IMG/VR virus record: IMGVR_UViG_3300005541_000008
Span: 13,361-77,360 of that record
DNA from: a virus
Strand: one strand, 5' to 3'
DNA: 64,000 nt
Shown here: piece by piece, positions 57,924-64,000 of the stretch
Layout of the letters: each line of letters starts with the position of its first letter
Numbering within the stretch: position 1 is the first letter of the stretch
Notes under the pieces: generated by a model
Told to the model about the DNA's origin: nothing
Seen by the model: the letters and a program-made list of their open reading frames with translations, nothing else
Database searches by the model: none
Made by a program: the position numbers and the translations under genes

Positions 57924-58904
57924 CTACGCTGCCTTTGCAACCGCAGGCGCAGGTGCAGCGGCCGGCGCCCTTCTCCTCCCTTGCGAGAGACCGAATAGCG
58001 CAATCAATCCAACACCCCCGATAATTAGCCACATCATAGTATTACCACCCCCGCCCCCGAACATCGAAGCGGTGACTTGTTTCCCTCCTGGCCCCATCTC
58101 CTGCAACACCTGATTCGGAACGGGCTGCTGGCCTCCCATTACCGCATTAGCGGCTGCAGTGGCGGCGGTCTGCGCCATTCCGCTACCCACAAAGAAATTC
58201 TTAACATGGCCGAAGAAAGTGCCTACATTACTCCCTAGGGCTTTAACCCCAGAAGGACCGAGGTAGTACGCGCCGCCTACCGCGGCAACCGCTCCGGCAA
58301 CCGGAAGGAGTGTGTGCACGAGCCAATTGCCCGTAATTTTGCGCGGGAGTTTGAGAGAGAAGCCAAGATCGCCGAACCCTGACATATACGCAGCGCGTTC
58401 AATTGGCCCCGGCACACCAAACGGAGCGAGCTTTGTGGTGTAGTCCTGGAAGTAAGGAGTGAAGCCCTCCATCCTATACCCAACATCTCTGAGAGCAGTC
58501 CCCCAATAAAGCCCTCCTCCGGGTTTTACGCCGATTACGGGTTTCAGTCTCTGTAGGAGCGCGGACTCCGCCCTAAGCTTCTCTATCGGGGCTAGGGCTG
58601 TTAAGGCCTGATTCGCCGCCCGGACCTCGTTCGTCAAAACCCGTTTCTCCAGCGACGTCTTCGCCCTCGCTAACCCCGCCTTTGCCCTAGCGAGTCTCTG
58701 TTGGTATTGTAGAGAAGGTTGCGTCTTCGTAGCAACGCCCGCCGTCGCCGGCCTTCCCGTTGCAAAGCTCGGCATTCCCCAGGGTCTTGGCGCCCTTCCC
58801 CTACCCGCTCGCAATATCGCTCCCGGCTGCCGATTCCCAACCCCCCACTTAAAGAGGGGGTGTGCAGCATAAATCTCCGTCGCTTGCTTCTTCTCTCCAA
58901 ACAT
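57924..58904 (-). CDS. Gly/Ala-rich membrane-associated putative virion protein
   Basis: GGAGG RBS, ATG at 58904 (MFGEKK); GFGDLGF; C-terminal TM plus RRR. Confidence 0.7.
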   Translation of the reverse strand: MFGEKKQATEIYAAHPLFKWGVGNRQPGAILRAGRGRAPRPWGMPSFATGRPATAGVATKTQPSLQYQQRLARAKAGLARAKTSLEKRVLTNEVRAANQALTALAPIEKLRAESALLQRLKPVIGVKPGGGLYWGTALRDVGYRMEGFTPYFQDYTTKLAPFGVPGPIERAAYMSGFGDLGFSLKLPRKITGNWLVHTLLPVAGAVAAVGGAYYLGPSGVKALGSNVGTFFGHVKNFFVGSGMAQTAATAAANAVMGGQQPVPNQVLQEMGPGGKQVTASMFGGGGGNTMMWLIIGGVGLIALFGLSQGRRRAPAAAPAPAVAKAA

Positions 58905-58906
58905 GC

Positions 58907-60250
58907 CTACCTCCTCCGCTTCGCGGGCCTTCTCGTTGCGGGACTCTTCGCCGCTCCGCCAGTAGCCCCCTTTGCAAAATAGTAATACCCGATTCCCGCA
59001 GCAGCGAGCGCTAACACAATCCAAGTCGCCGGACTCATGGCGCCGGCCTTAGCAACACCGTACATACGCGCAACCAGCGAATCGGCCCTGGCTTTGAGCG
59101 CCGCAACGATCTCCGCGGATGTCTGGCCAAAACCCGACACCCCACCTCCCCCACCCGTCTCGGCCTGCAACGCACCAACTTCTTGCTGCGTCAACCCCCC
59201 ATTAGCCAATATAGCCCCTATTTGCTGGGGTGTCATTCCCGCCGCCTGCATCAACGCGGTTTGTTGGTCGGCGGATAGGGTAGTTCCTCCCTCGGGACCT
59301 TGGGCAGCTTGCAGAGCAGCCTGCTCCTCGGGCGTCATTCCTCCAGAGACCTGCGCCTGCTCCTCGGGCGTGAGTGCTGCGCCCTGATCGACCGATCCTC
59401 CTCCACCCCCACCACCTCCTCCACCATACATCGACGCTTCCTGAGGTACAGGCGGAGGCGGTACAGCTGCCGGTGCGCCTTCAGGGGTTGGCGTGGGAGG
59501 AATCGGAGCAACGGGAGCCGGTGCTAAGGAAATCGTCTGCGGAGGGATAAGTGCCCCCGTGCTTGGATCGTACTGCCCTCCCGGACCTGTGATCGCGTGC
59601 GTGGTTGGATCTTCAGTGTAGCCCGGAGGTAGAGGTTGGCCCTGATAGAGAGGCTGCCCTGGTGCCCAAACCTGCGTGCCCGGTGCGGGAGGTGGCCCTG
59701 GTGCTGCCTTCTTCCCAATCCCGCTCACCACCTTCTTAATAGCACCACCCGCAGTGATTATAGGAGCCGCAAAAGCCTCCGCACCAAGGACGAGCGGAGC
59801 CGTTATGGTCTGCAACGGGTGCAGGAAGGGCTTTGTCAGGACGTTCGAGATCGTGCTGCTCATCTGCTTCTGCAGGTGCTTGTTAATTAAACTAATCCCC
59901 CCAGTCATAATAACCGGAGCCACCTTCGACACAATTCTCACGACGGGTTTTGTGACCTTACTCACGAGGTGGCTAATTCCCTTCGTGATGTGCTTAAACC
60001 AGCCATCAAAATCGCCTAAGCCCCCTGCCCCCTTCTCGTGAACGACGGGTCGCCACCCCTCTGCAGCCCTCTGTCGGAGATCTGTAGCGTGTACTACTGT
60101 AAAGTAGTCAACGTACCTCCCCTGAGCGTCCTTCCCTCCGGGTTTATGCATCAGCACCACGCCCATCTCGGGGTGGGCTACGAGCTCGGTGCCCTTCGGC
60201 GCCTTTACCACAGTACCGAGTCCATCGATCATACCCGTGTCAGAATACAT
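58907..60250 (-). CDS. Gly/Pro/Ala-rich membrane-associated putative virion/DNA-delivery protein
   Basis: GLGDFDGWFK amphipathic segment, TPEEQA repeats, C-terminal TM plus basic tail. Confidence 0.75.
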   Translation of the reverse strand: MYSDTGMIDGLGTVVKAPKGTELVAHPEMGVVLMHKPGGKDAQGRYVDYFTVVHATDLRQRAAEGWRPVVHEKGAGGLGDFDGWFKHITKGISHLVSKVTKPVVRIVSKVAPVIMTGGISLINKHLQKQMSSTISNVLTKPFLHPLQTITAPLVLGAEAFAAPIITAGGAIKKVVSGIGKKAAPGPPPAPGTQVWAPGQPLYQGQPLPPGYTEDPTTHAITGPGGQYDPSTGALIPPQTISLAPAPVAPIPPTPTPEGAPAAVPPPPVPQEASMYGGGGGGGGGGSVDQGAALTPEEQAQVSGGMTPEEQAALQAAQGPEGGTTLSADQQTALMQAAGMTPQQIGAILANGGLTQQEVGALQAETGGGGGVSGFGQTSAEIVAALKARADSLVARMYGVAKAGAMSPATWIVLALAAAGIGYYYFAKGATGGAAKSPATRRPAKRRR

Positions 60251-60265
60251 TTCCTCTCCTTTTCT

Positions 60266-60610
60266 TCAAGCAGCGGGCTTGGGCGCTTGGGATTTTGCTT
60301 TCCAGGCAACATACGCCTTCTTTGCCTGATCTACCGCCTCGCGCACTAACACGCTCACGCCCGTAAGCACGGTTGTGTTCGTAAGCAACGTCTGAACCAC
60401 GGCGGGGTCGATTGTTGAGAGATCCTTCGGCACCACTACCCCCGTCTGCTTATACACCCACTGTAGCGCATACGCGATCGCCCAAGCCTTCAAAGGGGTT
60501 AAGTACGCGGGCCAGTCTTTGTTTACCTTGAGCGCAAGGCCCCGGACGAGAGAAGTGATAGCGGGTACAATCACGGGCATTAAAAGCACCATAATCTGCG
60601 ATGTATCCAT
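60266..60610 (-). CDS. Holin-like small membrane protein
   Basis: Two to three hydrophobic segments and a basic C-terminus. Confidence 0.45.
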   Translation of the reverse strand: MDTSQIMVLLMPVIVPAITSLVRGLALKVNKDWPAYLTPLKAWAIAYALQWVYKQTGVVVPKDLSTIDPAVVQTLLTNTTVLTGVSVLVREAVDQAKKAYVAWKAKSQAPKPAA

Positions 60611-60611
60611 T

Positions 60612-61292
60612 TCACCCCTCCTTTGGTTTGAGTACTAAGCCGAGCACCGCGATCCCCACAACGCCTATCGCTATGTACGGAAGATACTCTGTTATATCCG
60701 ACTCGAGAATAGAAGCTTCTGCGGGGAGAGTAACAGAGCCCGGCGCCATACCCGTAGTGTGAAGTGCAGGGTGCAGCGCATCGCCCTGACTATTCGCGTA
60801 GATATTATTCGCCGCGTTTGTAAGGTCCTGCTGCGTTAACTCCCCTGTTTGCACGGACGCATCAATCGCCTGTTGCGGCGTTGCTTGCTGCGGGTTGACC
60901 CCTCGCGAGGTGAGAAGCTTTGCAGCGGCGGGGCCGATACTCATTAATGCTCCTCCGACCCACTTCAACCCGCCGAGCATCAAACTCCCACCTTGGGAAA
61001 TGTAAGGGAGGATTGCAGGCCCTACAATAATCGCAGCGGCAGCGCCGGCCGTTATATCCCCAACCAACCTCCCCGCACGAAAGTTTTGCATCGCGCTGTG
61101 GCCCGTGATGTGGAAGGTCTTAGGAGGAATTAGCCCCAACGTCACAGTGCCCGCAACAAAGGCGAGAGCGTTCCTCACTACCTTCTTTGCGCCGCCCGCA
61201 AAAACCCTCTTAAACCACGACGCACCCAACTCACCGAGCCCGTTTTCGTACTCTTCCCCGACGTCTGCGTACACTCTCAATCCCCACATCAA
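60612..61292 (-). CDS. Membrane-associated putative virion protein
   Basis: GLGELGASWFK; C-terminal TM. Confidence 0.7.
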   Translation of the reverse strand: MMWGLRVYADVGEEYENGLGELGASWFKRVFAGGAKKVVRNALAFVAGTVTLGLIPPKTFHITGHSAMQNFRAGRLVGDITAGAAAAIIVGPAILPYISQGGSLMLGGLKWVGGALMSIGPAAAKLLTSRGVNPQQATPQQAIDASVQTGELTQQDLTNAANNIYANSQGDALHPALHTTGMAPGSVTLPAEASILESDITEYLPYIAIGVVGIAVLGLVLKPKEG

Positions 61293-61506
61293 CCGCCGAA
61301 CCGAGCCCTTCCTCGATTATCGGCGCTACAAACCTCGCTACCGCCACATTAAAAACGACCACCATAAGGGCGATTTGCGCCGGCGTTGCCCCTGGAAAGT
61401 AGCGCTGCACCCACGCCACGCGCTGCTGCACTTGCGCCTCTAGAGGGGCTACAATCTGGTCTTGAACACTCTTCGAGAGCGCTGTCTGGAGCGCCTGCGC
61501 GAACAC
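61231..61506 (-). CDS. Small membrane protein, related to 61508-61717
   Basis: MFAQ...PGATPAQIALMV; Arg-rich tail. Confidence 0.6.
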   Translation of the reverse strand: MFAQALQTALSKSVQDQIVAPLEAQVQQRVAWVQRYFPGATPAQIALMVVVFNVAVARFVAPIIEEGLGSAVDVGIESVRRRRGRVRKRAR

Positions 61507-61507
61507 C

Positions 61508-61717
61508 CTACCTCCGCCGCGCCCGTCTACTTAAGGTGCTCACAACATCCGCCGCCTTTCGGGTTAGGAGATTCGCACCAACCATCAAACCGAAGACGAC
61601 AAACATAGCTTGACCCGCGCTCAGACCCGGAATCACCTTCTGCACCTCGGTAATTTGCCCTCGTATCGGCGTCTGGAGGAGCGTAGTGGCTTGTTGCGTC
61701 ACGTCCTGACTAAACAC
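61508..61717 (-). CDS. Small membrane protein
   Basis: MFSQ...PGLSAGQAMFVV; Arg-rich tail. Confidence 0.6.
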   Translation of the reverse strand: MFSQDVTQQATTLLQTPIRGQITEVQKVIPGLSAGQAMFVVFGLMVGANLLTRKAADVVSTLSRRARRR

Positions 61718-61865
61718 CCGAGCCTCGTCGTTTAATGAAATTATCGTAAAGCCAGAGCGCGAGAATTGTGGCGGCAGCGATCTGACCCACCTGCATAACC
61801 GCCCCTCCTATGTTAAACCCTCCCCCTCCCGCGGGCTTCTTCGTTACAGGCGCTTGTGACAACAC
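61710..61865 (-). CDS. Small membrane protein (below ORF-track cutoff)
   Basis: Hand translation MLSQAPVTKK...AATILALWLYDNFIKRRGSGV; GAGGTG RBS. Confidence 0.55.
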   Translation of the reverse strand: MLSQAPVTKKPAGGGGFNIGGAVMQVGQIAAATILALWLYDNFIKRRGSGV

Positions 61866-61873
61866 ACATCACC

Positions 61874-62326
61874 TCACTTTGTTAACCTATCCACAATCGA
61901 CGTCGCCTTAAACCCGCCAAACATCTCTAGGTGTCCGGTCACGGGATTAAAACACGGCCCTACCTGAAGCCCGAGGAAGTCGATAATCGCGAGTCCACCA
62001 CACCCCTGCAAACCTCCCGCCTGAGTGCCGGTACCCGCCACCGCGACATCCCCTACTATCGACGGTTTTAAAACATCCGCAAACCACTTCCCGTCGATGG
62101 AGTAAGAAGCGAATGATCCGTACTGAATGCCCGCCTGCGCCCTACTCGAGTAATCATGGCCCGTAACCGCCTTGCTGTAGGCGAAGAAATCAGAAGGGCA
62201 GACTATGGGTGTTGCGTTAGCGCACGTCCCGGGAGCATCCCGTGGAACATACACGGTTGTGATTTTGTGCCCAGCACACGCCCCTAACAACACCCCGAGG
62301 ATTGCGAGTCTAAGAATCTTCACCAC
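61874..62326 (-). CDS. Lipoprotein
   Basis: Signal peptide ending in lipobox LLGAC. Confidence 0.7.
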   Translation of the reverse strand: MVKILRLAILGVLLGACAGHKITTVYVPRDAPGTCANATPIVCPSDFFAYSKAVTGHDYSSRAQAGIQYGSFASYSIDGKWFADVLKPSIVGDVAVAGTGTQAGGLQGCGGLAIIDFLGLQVGPCFNPVTGHLEMFGGFKATSIVDRLTK

Positions 62327-62337
62327 ACCCCTCCCTT

Positions 62338-62544
62338 CTACATCTTAACCCGAGTTTTGGCTAAGGGTTTAAGCATCAAGAACGCTCCGCCGAGGACGAT
62401 GATCGCGAGGCCTAAACCCATTAAGGCATCGGCCACAGGGCTCGACACTTTCATGGGCTCCGGAGCAGGAGCCGGAGCCTCCGGAGTGGTCGATGCATAG
62501 TGCGGTGTGTAGTACTGCATGTAATACGGTTCTTGCCCTAACAT
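62338..62544 (-). CDS. Small membrane-anchored protein
   Basis: Starts MLGQ; C-terminal TM. Confidence 0.6.
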   Translation of the reverse strand: MLGQEPYYMQYYTPHYASTTPEAPAPAPEPMKVSSPVADALMGLGLAIIVLGGAFLMLKPLAKTRVKM

Positions 62545-62548
62545 AACG

Positions 62549-62782
62549 CTACCCCCCTCCTAATTTACACCCTCGTGCTAAGGTCACGATTAAATGTCCC
62601 CTTCTCTCCTGTTCCGCACGCCACTGCTCCTGCGCGGCGGTCTGTACCGCCTTCGCCGTCTCTTGTTGATGACGTGCGTGTGTCCACTGAATCTGCACAG
62701 TGAACGCTTCCGTCCCCGCTGAGAGGGTCACCAACGCGGGTAGTAGGGTCTTGAGAGCGAACTCCTTAAGCTTCACCCTCAC
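62549..62782 (-). CDS. Small protein with N-terminal hydrophobic segment and coiled coil
   Basis: ORF track. Confidence 0.5.
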   Translation of the reverse strand: MRVKLKEFALKTLLPALVTLSAGTEAFTVQIQWTHARHQQETAKAVQTAAQEQWRAEQERRGHLIVTLARGCKLGGG

Positions 62783-62984
62783 CCTCCGAATGGTCCGCTA
62801 AACGTGACTTCCTCCATAACCCCTTCTTTCTCGAGGAGCCGCTTAAACTCGGATCTCAGCCACATCAACTCCCGGTCATTGGGCAGCCCCTCTTTCCTCG
62901 GCTCGACGAACGTGAACCACGCGCTCCAGAGGAAGCGTTCTATGTCCTCGACAGAGAGGCGTCTTGGATAGAAGCGTTTCATTT

Positions 62985-63164
62985 CTACCAAGGACTCGGT
63001 TGCCCTTCGTGCACTGACTTTCCGAGCGGGGTATGATGGACAAAAACTAATATCGCTAGCGCGAGTATCGATAGCAATACCCCTGGCGACAACTCTCGAA
63101 ACCCCACACTTCCCGGAGGTACCGGCCCCTGCTGAGGTACTGAAGGAACGCTCTGCGCTAGCAT
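62985..63164 (-). CDS. Small membrane protein (below ORF-track cutoff)
   Basis: Hand translation MLAQSVPSVP...VLLSILALAILVFV; AGGAGGT RBS. Confidence 0.55.
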   Translation of the reverse strand: MLAQSVPSVPQQGPVPPGSVGFRELSPGVLLSILALAILVFVHHTPLGKSVHEGQPSPW

Positions 63165-63218
63165 ACTTACCTCCTAGCTATTAACACCGAATTCCAAACA
63201 GCGCCAGGAACAGGCAGA

Positions 63219-63641
63219 TTATTTCACAGAAAAAGTCCCCGGCGCACTTGGAGGGTTTGCGATTGTGAACCCTACCTCATTACTCATCGCACTCTGTAAC
63301 CCGGCGGTGTCGGTTACGGTAACCGTAGCAAAGTACTTCCCGTTCGGCAGAGCTAACTGCGAGAGTGAAATTTGAGGCGCGGCGCCCGTTCCCTCGGACG
63401 CAATTGTGAAGGTCTTTGCGGGAAGAGAGCCGACTCCGCCGTTTTCCGAGTTACACGCCCCGGTCGTAAGATAAACCGTGTTCGAGGCCATCGTGTCGGG
63501 TAACCCGGAGATGTTTGTCGCGGGGTTGGTAAAGAACAAGCCCTGCGTTGCGATGGTCGTCTGCGCCGGGCAGGTTTGCGCTAGCACTTCACCAAAGCCT
63601 AAGCCGAGCAGCACGACCAATAATCCGAGTAGTTTCTTCAT
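63219..63641 (-). CDS. Secreted Ig/FN3-like beta-sandwich protein
   Basis: Sec signal peptide; GKYFATVTVTDTAGLQSAMSNEV. Confidence 0.7.
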   Translation of the reverse strand: MKKLLGLLVVLLGLGFGEVLAQTCPAQTTIATQGLFFTNPATNISGLPDTMASNTVYLTTGACNSENGGVGSLPAKTFTIASEGTGAAPQISLSQLALPNGKYFATVTVTDTAGLQSAMSNEVGFTIANPPSAPGTFSVK

Positions 63642-63659
63642 TGTTCCCTCCTTTGTTAT

Positions 63660-64000
63660 CTAATGCCCAACCCCGAATAGGGTAAAGGATCCGTAGCCCG
63701 CCGCGCCCGGACTCATAGGTGCTAAAGAAAAGGCCGTGCTCGTCTGTTGAAGATTATTCGTCACGTATAGGTAGTACGGGCCCGGGCCAAGGCCGCTCAA
63801 ATTTACGGTGACGGACTGCGACGTGTCCGAGATATTAATCGGAAGCTGGTAGATTTTCGTCCCCGCTCCGTAGGTCGCATTGTTCGAAATCTCCACGAAG
63901 GACGCAGGGTACAGCCGGGCAGAGCCGAACGCAAACCCCGCGAACCATTCATCCACGTTGAAATTCGCATCATAGCCGCACGTGTTGACCATGCCGATGA
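63660..64000 (-). CDS. C-terminal part of a beta-rich protein, possible spike/receptor-binding (begins outside window)
   Basis: ORF track 63660..63992; Ig/IPT-like YYLYVTN. Confidence 0.55.
   Translation of the reverse strand, partial: IGMVNTCGYDANFNVDEWFAGFAFGSARLYPASFVEISNNATYGAGTKIYQLPINISDTSQSVTVNLSGLGPGPYYLYVTNNLQQTSTAFSLAPMSPGAAGYGSFTLFGVGH

Noticed and set aside
61874-62782. Spanin pair (lipoprotein plus TM coiled-coil protein)
   Set aside because: The genes are not adjacent or nested as is typical, and the lipoprotein is long and beta-rich; evidence is insufficient.

Overview
The window is most of a bacterial virus genome. It has sigma70-type promoters, GGAGG ribosome-binding sites and tightly coupled small genes. 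The + strand (6.7-52.2 kb) carries early and replication genes: many small ORFs, a tandem array of about 19 paralogous helical mini-proteins, two tRNAs plus a tRNA-like ncRNA, a 7-deazaguanine DNA-modification set (folE, queD, queE, queC, TGT/DpdA-like), an exonuclease/Sak4/SSB recombination set, a split UDG-exonuclease/family A DNA polymerase, a DUF3987 protein and a doubled tyrosine recombinase-HNH fusion. The - strand (52.2-64 kb and 1-6.1 kb) carries probable virion and lysis genes: two lytic transglycosylases, many small membrane-anchored proteins and glycan-modifying enzymes. I see no terminase, portal, HK97 capsid or tail genes, so a tailless membrane-containing virion is possible (inference). 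The most striking element is at 25.4-28.6 kb. A stand-alone RAMP/Cas7-like gene (26291-26941) is flanked on both sides by long non-coding arrays that are not CRISPRs. They consist of phased GY-NNN pentamers grouped into units of about 26 nt, G[GYNNN]x5. This is a candidate RNA-guided system with a non-contiguous guide code. All family assignments come from motif recognition by eye; no database search was run.
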